Shown here in pieces: positions 37,285-49,064 of a stretch of 64,000 nucleotides of DNA. The stretch comes from Squalus acanthias. Lineage: Eukaryota. The stretch lies in contig JASTWF010000244.1 of assembly GCA_030390025.1 (NCBI GenBank), positions 124,001 through 188,000 on the forward strand, given 5' to 3'. Position 1 is the first letter of the stretch. Every line of letters begins with the position of its first letter. The notes beneath the pieces are model-generated. The model saw only the letters and a program-made list of their open reading frames with translations, did no database searches and had not been told where the DNA came from. The position numbers and the translations under genes were made by a program.

Positions 37285-38457
37285 TCAGTGGGGGCCTAGA
37301 AGCGGCTTGTTATCAGCCGTTGCAGTTTCAACATTGTGGGCCTCCCTCCCGCCTTGGTGCTGCTGCTGATCATCCTCCTCCTCTTCCTGCTCCTCTTCCT
37401 CCTCCTCCTCCTCCGGTGGTGCTCCAAGACCTGGTGGCATTGGATGGGTCCTGAGGATTGCCAGGTTATGAAGCATGCAGCACACAACTATGAAGAGGGA
37501 GACTCGCTCAGGCAAGTACTGCAGGGCTCCTCCTGAGTGGTCCAGACAGCAGAACCGTTGCTTGAGCACGCCGATCGTCTGCTCAACAATGTTCCTGGTG
37601 GCGAGATGGCTCTCATTGTACCGCAGCTCAGCAGGGGTGTTGGGGTTACGGAGCGGTGTCATCAGCCAGGTGCACAGTGGATAACCCTTGTCCCCGAGGA
37701 CCCAACCACTTGGCTGATGCGGAGCCTGAAAAAGTTCTAGCACAGCAGTCTGGTGCAGGATGAAAGCATCGTGGCTGCTGCCAGGATAGCAGGCATTGAC
37801 AGCGAGTATCAGCTGTCTGTGGTCACAGACCAACTGGACGTTTAAGGAGCGGAACCCCTTGCGGTTTCGGAAAACCTCGGCATTCTCATGCGGTGCCCGC
37901 AATGCCGCATGCGTGCATTCAATGGCGCCCTGCACCATGGGGAAGCCCGCTATCCTCGCAAAGCCCAATGCGCGTTCATGCTGTTTGGCCCGGGTCATCG
38001 GGAAAGAGATGTACTGGCGTCTCCTTTTATAGAGGGCATTTGTGATCTGACGTATACAGCAATGGACCGCGAACTGGGAGAAATTGGTGATGTCCCCAGT
38101 AGCTGCTTGAAAGGAGCCGGTGGCATAAAAGTTCAGAGCCACTGTGACCTTCACTGCCACTGACAGAGACGTCCTGGTCCTCAGTAGAGGCTGCAGATCT
38201 GGCTGCAGCAGGTGGCAGAGCTCAGTGACTACCTCCTTGCTGAAGCGCAGCCTGCGCAAACACTGCTCCTCAGACAAATTAATGTCGGAGAATTGTTCCT
38301 GGAATACCCTGGGAGGATAAGGTCTCCTGTGCAGAGGCCTGTTGGCCCTCCTCCGTCTGGCCATGATTGCCACTCTCTCTCTGCGTCTCTGTTGCCTCCG
38401 ATTTTGCAGGCACAGGTTGACGCCACGAATCAGTGCAGCCCCCAAGTCTCTTGGCAA
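37285..38457 (-). CDS. Harbinger DDE transposase (HARBI1-like), 390 aa
   Basis: [58 protein letters not shown]. Confidence 0.92.
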   Translation of the reverse strand: MPRDLGAALIRGVNLCLQNRRQQRRRERVAIMARRRRANRPLHRRPYPPRVFQEQFSDINLSEEQCLRRLRFSKEVVTELCHLLQPDLQPLLRTRTSLSVAVKVTVALNFYATGSFQAATGDITNFSQFAVHCCIRQITNALYKRRRQYISFPMTRAKQHERALGFARIAGFPMVQGAIECTHAALRAPHENAEVFRNRKGFRSLNVQLVCDHRQLILAVNACYPGSSHDAFILHQTAVLELFQAPHQPSGWVLGDKGYPLCTWLMTPLRNPNTPAELRYNESHLATRNIVEQTIGVLKQRFCCLDHSGGALQYLPERVSLFIVVCCMLHNLAILRTHPMPPGLGAPPEEEEEEEEQEEEEDDQQQHQGGREAHNVETATADNKPLLGPH

Positions 38458-39579
38458 TCGAAGTAATGAAGGTCAAATCCAAAAGTACCTGCAAAGTGAT
38501 GCTCAGTAGCCAAAACTACTTCACACAGTGTTGACTCTATGCAGAAGTCTCTCTACCTCTCTCTCAGAATCTCTCTCTCTGTCAGAATGAGTGGTGCAAA
38601 AATGTCTACCACAGAAAAAGCCAGGAAGAGGCCGCCTTTAAATAGTGCCCCCCCAAGCCCCTCACCGACTGGGAAACGTTCCAATCTCCCTGTCGTTGCT
38701 TGCGCCAGGCAGAAAGGAGGGGGGCGCCACTCAATATCCGGTCCGGGGCGCCACCAGGGCGTTGCACGCTCGACTGACGTCACGATCTGTGGGCGCAGGA
38801 GATCGGGGCGCTAAACTTTTGCGCCGCCGCAAAACTCGCCAATTTTGTGAGCGGCGCAAACATCACCGCGCCCGGGCACTAGTTGATTTGCGCCCCATTG
38901 GCGCCCTTTGGGGCACTAACGGGAGGCGCAAGCCAACCAAATTTTTCCCCCATTGGATTTAACAGCATAAATGCTGTCAGTTGGCTCTGACGGCAGGCTC
39001 CTGGAATCTAAATTAAAAGACCAATATAAAAGTGGCTTTTGTCTTCTGCTCACATTCTCTGTCATATGATGCCTGTATTGCTCTGACATTTTTGATTTGT
39101 TTTTGTATCATTCTATAATTCTCTCCTCTTCTCCATATCTTTCTTTTGTATGTCTTTAGGCATGAGGGAATAATGTGGGTTTGCAGTATGGACTCTGGGA
39201 GGACTTTTGGGGATGGGTTAGATTTGAAAGCACGGAAAGAGAGGGCTGAGCTGTAAGGCCTGGGATCAATGGGGGTTGGGGCAAGGATGCTATTGCCTGA
39301 GATCACTCTGGGGAGGGGATACACTCTAGGAGGAGTCAGATGTTTAGAGATTTTTGACTACAGACCGTACTATCTCACAGTTCTTGTTCATGGAAGGGGT
39401 TGGACCACTGAGGTTGTGCTGGATAGGGAGAAGTGGCACAAGTAAGTAGTTGGGCGTGGTAGTATACAGGGTAGATTTCACTGGATTGGTGTGTGGGAGC
39501 ACAGAGAGAAACAGTAAGTACTGAGGGGGTGAGATGGGGGGCTGGAAGCAATACAGGATACGTGCCTGGGCTTCAAGTA

Positions 39580-42500
39580 CCTGGGAACTCGGCCAGGTCG
39601 CTGCAGACATTTGTAGCTTGCTGGAACAAGACCTGTTGCCCAGAGGTCCTGGTGGCCACTCCATACCAGTGGCTGTCAAAGTCCCCACCGCCCTCAACTT
39701 CTTCACCTCAGGCTCCTTCCAGGGATCTGCAGCAGACATTTGTGGGATTTCGCAGTCGGCCACCCCAGGTGACCGATGCCATGTTTCACAAGTCAGCCAA
39801 TTATGTCAACTTTGCCACTGATGAGGCCAGTTTTACTGAGCAGGCGCTCGACTTTGCAGCTCTAGCTGACTTCCCACAGGTGCAGGGCATCATCAACTGC
39901 GCACATGTGGCCATGAAGGCACCCCATCATCACCCAAGAGTGTTTGTGAACCGCAAGGGCTTCCACTCCCTCAATGTGCAGCTCATCTGTAACCATAAAA
40001 AGATCATCATTCATGTGTGCACCAGATTCCCTGACAGCTGTCATGATTCTTTTGTGCTGCGCCAATCCACCCTCCCTGAGCTCATTGCACCTCCAAACAG
40101 ACTTACCAGACTTAGGCTGCTTGGAGACAAGGGCTATCCACTGAAGACGTGGCTCATGACACCCTTGAGGACGCCAAGTACTGAGGCCGAGGAGCGATAT
40201 ATGAGAGCCACATGTCCACCAGATGTGTCATAGAGCAAGCAATAGACATGCTGAAGATGTGCTTCAGATGCCTTGACAGATCTGGAGTAGCCCTTCAGTA
40301 CGCACCAGAATCATCGTAGTTCGCTGTGCGCTACACAACATACTGCAGCAGCGAGGATTGGAGCTGCAGGAAGAGCAAGGTGCAGAGTGCACAACCTCTT
40401 CAGAGGAGGAGGAGGTGGAGCAGGTGGAAGACGGGGAGGAGGAACCTGAGGTGGAGATGGCACCGACAGTGGCGCACATTGCTGCCTGGGAGGCCTGGGA
40501 TGGCCTCATAATGGCCCAATTTACTTAACTTGCTCCAATGCAGCCACATGGCTGCCACATGCTGTACTAAGTCCCCCACCCCCCCAACAATACCATAAAG
40601 CATCCCTACAATGACCAAGCCATTCCTCTCACCCAAACCCCCAGTGCTCGAGGTTAAGTAATGTCTCAGCATTCACTCCAAGTGACAAAGCCACTTCCAA
40701 GGTAGCAGGCAAAAATGGACAAGACTGGAAAGTGGTGCAAAGAAATACATTTATCTGTGTCATCAAAAGAACTGAAACTTAACACTCATGTGCATAACCT
40801 TGTGCATCTACTTTTGTGTCTTTTTTCTTTTCCGAGTGCTTCTACGAGGTGCAGCCCCTATGGCTTCAGCAGAGGTAGAGGCAGGCTGCTCACTTCTCTG
40901 CTGCGACTTGTCAGACACTTTTGGCGGACGTCTTCTGGGTTTTGGAGTTTGTGATGGCCCCGCCAAAGTCTGTTCCCCCTGCGACTGTGCAGGGGCAGAC
41001 TCGGCCATCGCGATCCGAGGAAGCATGTGGGGCTCTGACTGAGGGGGAGGCAATGGGGAAGAAGTGGGAGCGCTTTGAGAAGAGCCCCCACGTCCATGTC
41101 CCCTCTCACCATCATCCCTCTCATGGGCCACACGCATTTCCCTGCTAGCAAGGAGCTGGAGAGCACCTTGCTGCACAGCAGTGGGGCGATGAATGCCCAG
41201 GTCTACATTTATATCCCTCCTAGAGATGAAGTCTATGAGCATCTGCTATCTTTGTCCACAGCTAGCATGTGCTCATGTGACTGCCGCATTTGCTGCTCCA
41301 TGCAGGTGGCCATCCTTTCCATGGAACAGCACATCATCGTCATCGCCTGTGAGATGGTGGTGCTCATGTTGGAGATGGACTCCTCCATTCTCTGCACATT
41401 TGCAGATATCGCGGCTCCAGAAGATGCCAGAGCCTCATGCAATTCTTGCTGCCCCTCCAAGATCAGCCTCTTTCTCGATGGCCCCAGAGGCTCAGCGTCT
41501 GCATGCAGCTCAGCAGAGCTTGGAGGGTCCTGCACCCTCCGCGAGGAGTCTCCACTGCTGTCCCTGTCAACACCATCTGCTCTTCCTCACTTGCGAAGTG
41601 AGAGACACCAGGTGACAACAGTACTCTATGGGGCACAGGACCCACCGAGGTGTTTGTATCTGCACTGTGCTTGGGTCTGCTGACAGTGCACCCTCAGAGG
41701 CTGGAGCTTCCTCTGAGGAGTCGTCTTCCTCCTCTGGCTCGACATTGTGGGGGGGGGGGGCTGAGAGGAGGCGGGGGTCACTTGATGGGCCTGTGGGAGA
41801 GTAAAGAGATGAATTAGAAGTGTTATAATAAGAATGGGTAACGTTACCATTATGCACAGGATGACATTTCACTGGCTGCTGACATCATTCACCATATGAG
41901 CGACTGCTGTATGCCATGTGGCTGTATGAGATGTAATTCTGTCACCAGGTTGCTGGGATGATCCCCTCTCTCCGTCTTCCACTGCCAGCAACTCTGCAAC
42001 TCCTGATAGCTCCAGGTCCCCCTCCTCTGCTGGCATCAGTTGGGTGAATACAGGAGGGCCACCTCCGGTTCTCTGCCTTTCCCCTGTGTTCTGGACTCTT
42101 TTCTCCTGCAAGGAGGGAAAGAAGAGAACTTTGAGTGAGAGTAATGGAATGAGTGTTACGAATGGATGGGTTACATCTGTAGAGGGTGACTAGGAGGGAG
42201 TGGGATGACAATGCCAAATGGCCTCCTTTTGTGGTGTTACTTGCTATGATTGCATTAGGATGAGGGTTAGTTTCAGGGGTGGTTAGTCAGATGGGGATGT
42301 GAGTATGTACATAGAGAGAGAGGGATGGGTGGACGTGCAAGGTATGTTGGTGTGAGGAATGATATGCAGGAGTAGGCTTGGGAAGGCAGAGTGATGGGGA
42401 TGTGGTGACAGGCACATCAGGATGAAGGTGAGTGTGGCATTGCACTCACCTTTCCTGATCTCATGAGATCATTGAATCATTTCCTGCACTGGATCCACGT

Positions 42501-43518
42501 CCTCCTCACCACATCCCTGCTGCTGACCTCCTCTGCTATCTCCAGCCAGGCTCTTTTGGTGCCTTTGGGAGGTCTCCTGCACTTTTCTGCAGGGAACAGG
42601 ACCTCACTGCATGCTCTCACTTCCTCCACCAGCGTATGCAGGGATGCATCATAAAATCGGGGTGCAGCCCTCTGCCTTTGACTATTGTGGAAGTGCATTT
42701 TGTCTCAGACACAAAATGGCTTCCTAGACACAAAGAGTGATCCAAAATGGCCGACTCTGACTTGTATTGAATAAAGAAAGAAGTTGTTTATGACTTCTCA
42801 TGGAAATGAAAATTAAACCTTGCAGACTATGTTGTTTTCATAGTACAGAACAAATTATGCTTCTTCTAATCAACTTGAGATAACCAAGGAATAGTGAAGT
42901 AAACAGCCAGGTGCCTTGGCCTTGGTGGGAGAAGAACAGACAAACAGACTCCATTTTGTAGAGATTAGCTAGTCTCATTGTAAGGCATTTCTTATGTGTT
43001 TTTTAACTCGTAACTTAGCTTACCTTAAACAACATGTCATGTGATATGGGAAGCTTGTGTTTTCAGTGTATAAGATCTTCCATTTTCTGTGATTCTTCAG
43101 TGTGTCATCATAGCTATTTGGCTACGGTTGCATTCTCCTTGCAAGTAAAGTAAATAATAAAGCCTTCTTTGACGATATTGTTCCAAGAGTCTTACTCGGA
43201 GGTCGAAACTTCGACACTATCCATCATTGCTAGTTTAGAACAATACTCAGACCTTTGTATTTCAGCTTCCACACTCCTTTAGCAACCTTCAAATGAGTGG
43301 AATGCAAGGCTGCTTTAAATATCAGCGCTGGAAACAAGTCATCAATGACGTCATCAGACCCGTTCCATTTAATTGGGCCAGAAAAAGTGTATGACTGCTT
43401 TAAGTGGGGCCATTAAGTTAAAGTCGCCCTGAAGAACACGCTGAACAGAACATCGCGTTCCCGATCCACTACGTGGCCCGTACACACCCGACCCAACTCC
43501 AAGGTAAAAATTCCGGCC
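39580..43518. mobile_element. Two-gene PIF/Harbinger transposon, family B (degenerate, left end missing)
   Basis: Transposase on + (~39580-40520: [17 protein letters not shown]); SANT gene on - (exons 43224-42450, 42105-41946, 41790-40808); right TIR AAAATTCCGGCC. Confidence 0.88.
42686..43216 (+). mobile_element. Solo LTR inserted in codon 3 of the Harbinger SANT gene
   Basis: TGTGGAAG...CTTCGACA termini; TSD CTAT (42682-42685, 43217-43220); TATAAG and AATAAA inside; removal restores MDSQRQRAAPRF. Confidence 0.85.
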
Positions 43519-43589
43519 ATTGTTTTTTCGGGGCCCAGCTGCCAAAGGGTTGGCATCAATAATACTGTGAACATTGGGGAATCCTGCAA

Positions 43590-44085
43590 TGTTCCTGCTT
43601 GGTTAAAGGGGTGGGTTTTAAGGAAGGTTTTAAAGGAGGAGACGAAAGTGGAGAGGTGCAAGGGTTTAGGGAGGGAATTCCATAGTGTGGGTTTAGGTGG
43701 TTGAAGGTATGGCCAGCAATGTTGGGGTAAAGGGAGGGGGGATGCACAAAAGGCCAGAGTTAGAAGATAGGAGAGTTTGGAGGGGTTGTAGAGCAGCAGG
43801 AGGATAGAGATACAGTGGGATGAGGCCATGGAGTAATTTAAACATGAGGACTGGGAGCCATTGTAGGTCAGCAAGGACAGGAGTGATGGGTGATCAGGAC
43901 TTGGTGTGAGATAAGATAGGGGCAGCAGAGTTTTGGATGAGTTGAAATTAATGTAGGGTGGAGATGAGAGGCTGGCCAGGAGAGCATTGGAATAGTCAAG
44001 GCTTGAGGCGACAATGGCATGAATGTGTGTTTCAGCAGCAAGTAGGCTGAGGCAGAGGCAGATGCAGGCGATGTTACGATGCTCC
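43590..44085 (-). mobile_element. L2-clade LINE 3' fragment
   Basis: LWNSLP...FKTFLKT; similar to 53730-54250. Confidence 0.7.
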
Positions 44086-44799
44086 GTTCATAATAATGGT
44101 TGCAGGAGATAGCCACCTGTACAGGTGAATCTCCCTTTGTTCATCCTTTAGTTCAGCCTTCAAATATTCAGGGATAGAGAAGCAGTAAATGTTATTTTGA
44201 CAATTTTGGTTGCCGCAGTTCTAAATTAAAAAATCTACTTCCGAAAAAGGAAGGACTGGCTTTTAACACCCATATTATATAGATAGGATGAACAAACTGC
44301 ATGAATCAGGGCATTAGCAATGAAAAATTACGTGAGAGATCATTTGCATCTGATCATATGCAAATGAAGCTCACATACAAATGCTGCAAAAGTATTATGC
44401 ACCTGCATTAAACATCCCCTGTAGTGAAGAAAAGTGCAAAGTTCACTACCTGGTTCTTTTTGTCCTGCATAAAGTGCAAGCTTTCTTCATCTGCATGGCA
44501 GTACCAGCTAAGTCCTCAATGGAGGAATCACCACTTGATTCTAAAGCCCCTTTATATTGGAAGCAGTGCCATAAATAAGCCTGCTTCCCTTGGTGCCAAA
44601 TCATCTGATTGCACAGCAAAGCAGATTGGACATCAATGGGCTAAATGCCCATATGTTTCATGACCTTTTTGATGTCTGGATGAGGTCTATATTTGCCGAT
44701 AATGGCAAGTGCATTTTGAGAGGAGGGGTTTTAGAAAACTGTCTGCCCTATAGGCTGCCCCAGTATGACAAGAGCAAGTGCCACAGGCAGGAGCCATTT

Positions 44800-45215
44800 A
44801 AAAAGAAAGAACTGCATTCAGAAAGTGGCTTTCACATTCTCAGGTCATCCCAAAACATTTCTTACCCAACAAATTACTATTGAAGTGTAGTCACTGTTGC
44901 TATGTAGGTAAACAAGCCAATTTCTGTACACCAAGGTCCCACAAACAGCAACGAGATAAGTGACCAATTATACTGTTTTGCTGGTATTGGTTATGGGATA
45001 AATGTTGGTCAATTTTCCTGGTCTCTAAGTAGTGTCATGGGATATTTTACATCTACTCAAATCGTCAGACAGGGCATTGGTTTATCACATCATCCAAAAA
45101 GCGACACCTCCGACAATGTCACACTCCTTTAGTAGAGTACTGAAGCGTTAGCCGAGATCATGGGCTTCAGCCTTTCTGACTCAATGGCGAGGGCCTGCCC
45201 CTTAGCCAAGCTTTG
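44800..45215 (-). mobile_element. Deu-domain tRNA SINE (degenerate)
   Basis: Colinear with the other copies of this SINE. Confidence 0.6.
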
Positions 45216-45454
45216 CTTTGCCACCGGCTGGGGGAGGGTTCAATTCACTCCCACAGTAAGAGCAACGGCTCCTTTATGCTAACAGGAATGTTGCTCATTC
45301 TGTCACAGGTTAACCCTTGCTCTGTCATGGGTAAATCACTTTCCACTTTGTAAGGCATATGATATGAGTTGAGGTACAGATGATCTAATAGGCTGGCAGG
45401 ACAGGCTTGAGGGGCTGAATGGGCTACTTCCTATGTTGTTTGGTTGTCATTTAA

Positions 45455-46855
45455 AAAAAGACTTGCATTTATATAGCACCTTTCACGACCACCAAACATC
45501 CCAAAGTGCTTTACAGCCAATGAAGAACTTTTTGAATTGTAGTCACTGTTGTAATGTAGGAAACGCTGCAGCCAATTTGCACACAGCAAGCTCCCACAAA
45601 CAGCAATGTCGTAATGACCAAATTATCTGTTCTAGTGATGTTTATTGAGGGATATATATTGTCCAGGACACCAGGGATAACTCCCTTGCTCTTCTTCAAA
45701 ATAGTGCCATGGGATCCTTTACGTCCACCTGAGAGAGAGAGAGAGAGAGAGAGAGAGCAGACGGGGCCTCGGTTTAACATCTCATCCGAAAACATAAGAA
45801 CATAAGAAATAGGAGCAGGAGTAGGCCATTGGGCCCTTCGAGCCTGCTCCGTCATTCAATATGTTCATGGCTGATCTTTTACCTCATCTCCACTTTCCTG
45901 CACTATCCCCATATCCCTTGATTCCCTTAATATTCAAAAATCTATCGATCTCTGCCTGGAATATACTCAACGACTGAGCCGCCACAGCCCTCTGGGGTAG
46001 AGAATTCCAAAGATTCACCACCCTCTGAGTGAAGAAATTTCACCTCATCTCAGTCCTAAATGGACAACCCCTTATTCTGAGACTGTGACCTGTGGTTCTA
46101 GACTCCCCAGCCAGGGGAAACATCCTCCCTGCATTTACCCCGTCAAGCCCTTTAAGAATTTTGTATGTTTCAATGAGATCACCTATCATTCTTCTAAACT
46201 CTGGGGAATATAGGCCTAGACTACTCAATCCCTCCTCATAGGACAATCCCCCCCGACCATCCCATGAACCAGTCTGGTGAACCTTCATTGCACTCCCTCT
46301 ATGGCATGTATATCCTTCCTTAGGTAAGGCGACCAAAACTGTACACAATACTCCAGGTGTGGTCTCACCAGGGCCCTATATAATTGCAGTAAGACATCTT
46401 TACTCTTGTACTCAAATCCTCTTGTAATAAAGGCCAACATACCATTTGCTTTCCTAATTGCTTACTTTACCTGCATGTTAACTTTCAGTGATTCGTGCAC
46501 AAGGACACCCAGGTCCCTCTGAACACCAACATTTCCCAATCTCTCACCATTGAAAAAATACTCTGCTTTTCTATTTTTCCTACCAAAGTGGATAACTTCA
46601 CATTTCTCCACATAATATTCCATTTGCCGTGTTCTTGCCCACTTATTTAGCCTGTCTATATCCCCTTGAAGCCTCCATGCACCCTCCTCACAACTTACAT
46701 TGTAGGACAGCACCTTCAACAATGCAGCACTCCCTCAGTACTGCACTGCTGTGTCAGGCTAGATTTTTGTGCTCAAGTGTCTGGAGCGGGACTTTGAGCC
46801 CACAACCTTCTGACTCAGAGATAGGAGTGCTGCCAACTGAGCCACTGGCTGACAC
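45455..46855 (-). mobile_element. Deu-domain tRNA SINE split by a CR1 fragment (SINE parts ~45455-45788 and ~46703-46855)
   Basis: Tail AAGACTTGCATTTATATAGC; head GTCAGCCAGTGGCTCAGTTGG on - strand; (GA)n at 45731-45756. Confidence 0.75.
45790..46702 (-). mobile_element. CR1 LINE 3' fragment
   Basis: (AACATAAG)n tail; RT C-terminal motifs on - strand. Confidence 0.9.
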
Positions 46856-46929
46856 ACAATTTTAGTGCATTTAAATTCAGTTGTTTCAGCCTTTGGGTAA
46901 TATAAGTGAGCTGTACACTTCCTGATTGT

Positions 46930-47420
46930 TCATCACGCGTGTGTCAATCGTATTTAACCTGCTTTCGGTGGTGTTGACTGGGAGGACAGTCTCGCTCCTG
47001 CCAGTGGGTCGGTGACCCGCTCAGCGCAGTGACCGGCGCCTGGGACCAGCGGTTGCGCGCGCACCTCCGCCTAGTTACGCCCCGCCCGCTGGTGGCGAAA
47101 GTGAAACTGGGGCGAAAGGGAGTCTGTTGCCGCTTCCCGGTCAGAGCGGGAGAAACTCGGGGTCCAGAGACAGAGAGAGAGGCAGAAGCTGGGGGTCATG
47201 GGCCGGAGCGGGAACTCGCTGCCGCTCCTGGTGCCGGTGGTGGTCGCGCTGGCCGCTCTGATACCGCTTTCAGGTAAAGTGCGAGGCGCGACGGGCGGAG
47301 CGGCCTATAGGCCACTTTTGAGCCTGGGCACAAGGGTTAAGGGGTTTGTACTTTGGCTGTTTGTGGATTTCCCCCGGAGTTCAAGGTAAAATTGGAGCAG
47401 AGCCAACTCTCCCGCGCGGT
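46930..47420 (+). promoter_or_regulatory. CpG-island promoter of the NCR3LG1-like gene, with GC box (47079-47087) and ISRE/IRF-E (47097-47108)
   Basis: Local CpG-rich unique sequence; GCCCCGCCC; GAAAGTGAAACT ~90 bp before the ATG. Confidence 0.75.
47198..47273 (+). CDS. NCR3LG1: Exon 1 (signal peptide) of NCR3LG1/B7-H6-like gene
   Basis: GTCATGG Kozak; MGRSGNSLPLLVPVVVALAALIPLS; phase-1 donor CAG|GTAAAG, compatible with the phase-1 exon at 63853. Confidence 0.8.
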
Positions 47421-47549
47421 CTGTAACTGATGTTCCTTTTGGGCTTGGTTTGCAAACCAGAAATTAATGCAATTTAAAAAAAAAATGTTTACGTTAATTA
47501 TTCCTGAGTATTTCACTTTTATTTTGTCAGTAAAATAGCATTAGTTGAA

Positions 47550-47662
47550 AACAAAAGCAAAATACAGTGGATGCTGGAAATCAGAAATAAAAGCTGAAAA
47601 TGCTGTAAATACTCAACAGGTGCCGACTGACCTGAGTATTTCCAGGATTTTCTGTTTTTTTT
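47550..47662. mobile_element. Tiny Penelope-derived insert with inverted halves
   Basis: 14-bp TSD TAGCATTAGTTGAA (47536-47549, 47663-47676); both halves match the Penelope-derived repeat at 19290-19378, in opposite orientations. Confidence 0.7.
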
Positions 47663-47729
47663 TAGCATTAGTTGAAGTTGTATGCATTTAAAGAATACAC
47701 AGTGTTACTCGGCCCAAATGGGTGTGCTA

Positions 47730-49064
47730 ACCCAAGGGAAAGGGAAATCGTGTTTGACAAATTTGCTGGAGTTCTTTGAGGATGTAACAAGCAGGGTGGA
47801 CAAAGGTGAGCCAGTGGATGTGGTGTATTTGGATTTCCAGAAGGCATTCGATAAGGTGCCACATAAAAAATTACTGCATAAGATAAGAGTTCACGGAATT
47901 GGGGGTAATATATTAGCATAGATAGAGAATTGGCTAACTAACAAAAAGCAGAGTCGGGATAATTGAGTCATTTTCCGGTTGGCAAACGGTAACTAGTGGG
48001 GTGCCACAGGGATCAGTGCTGGGGCCTCAACTATTTACAATCTACATTAATGGCTTGGATGAAGGAACTGGGTGTAATGTAGTCAAGTTTGCAGATGATA
48101 CAAAGATGGGTGGGAAAGCAAGTTGTGCAGAGGACTCAAAGAACCTGCAAAGGGATATAGACAGGCTAAGTGAGTGGGCAAACATTTGGCAGATGGAGTA
48201 TAATGTGGGAAAGTGCGAGGTTATCCACTTTGGCAGGTAAAATAAAAAAGCAAATTATTATTTAAATGGAGAGAGATTACAAAATGCTACATTTCAGAGG
48301 GACCTGGGGGTCCTTGTGCACGAAACACAAAAAGTTAGCATGCAGATACAGCAAGTAATCAAAAAGGCAAATGGAATGTTGGCCTTTATTTCAAGGGGGT
48401 CCTTGAAAACACTTTCTGTGTTTCATGCACAAAGACCCCCAGGTCCCTCTGAACTGTAGCATTTTGTAATCCCTCTCCATTTAAAAAATAATTTGCTTTT
48501 TTATTTTTCCTGCCAAAGTGGATAAAAGCAGGGAAGTCCTGCTACAACTGTACAGGGTATTGGTGAGACCACACCTTGAGTACTGCTTACAGTTTTGGTC
48601 TCCTTATTTAATGAAGGATATACTTGCATTGGAGGCAGTTCAGAGACGATTCACTAGGTTAATTCTAGAGATGAGGGGGTTGACTTACGAGGAAAGGTTG
48701 AGCAGGTTGGGCCTATACTCATTGGAATTTAGAAGAATGAGAGGTGATCTTATTGAAACATATAATATACTGAGGGGGCTCGACAAGGTTGATGCAGAGA
48801 GGATGTTTCCCCTCATGGGGAAATCTAGAACTCGGGGGCATAGTTTCAGAATAAAGAGTCGCCCTTTCAGAACTGAGATGAGGAGGAATTTCTTCTCTGA
48901 GGGTCATAAATCTGTGGAATTCTCTGCCGCAGAGAACTGTGGAGGCTGGATCATTAAATACATTTAAGGTGGAGATAGACAGATTTTTGCAAGATAAGGG
49001 AGTGAAGGGTTATGGGGAGCGGGCCGGGAAGTGGCTTTGAGCCCAAGATCAGCCATGATCTTAT
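47730..49064 (+). mobile_element. CR1 LINE 3' half with an internal inverted duplication
   Basis: KSCLTNLLEFF, YLDFQKAFDKVPH, KFADDTK, RPHLEYC. Confidence 0.9.

Larger units (their letters stand above)
35235..38951. mobile_element. Two-gene PIF/Harbinger transposon, family A (left TIR missing)
   Basis: Convergent SANT and transposase genes; right TIR AAATTTTTCCCCC ending 38951; right ~500 bp colinear with the family-A MITEs. Confidence 0.9.

Noticed and set aside
42686-43216. Candidate 3' LTR of the ERV
   Set aside because: Has its own TSD and no visible similarity to 21962-22341
47069-47078. CCTAGTTAC as an MHC-type X1/RFX box
   Set aside because: Two mismatches to the canonical X1 core and no properly spaced X2/Y boxes seen
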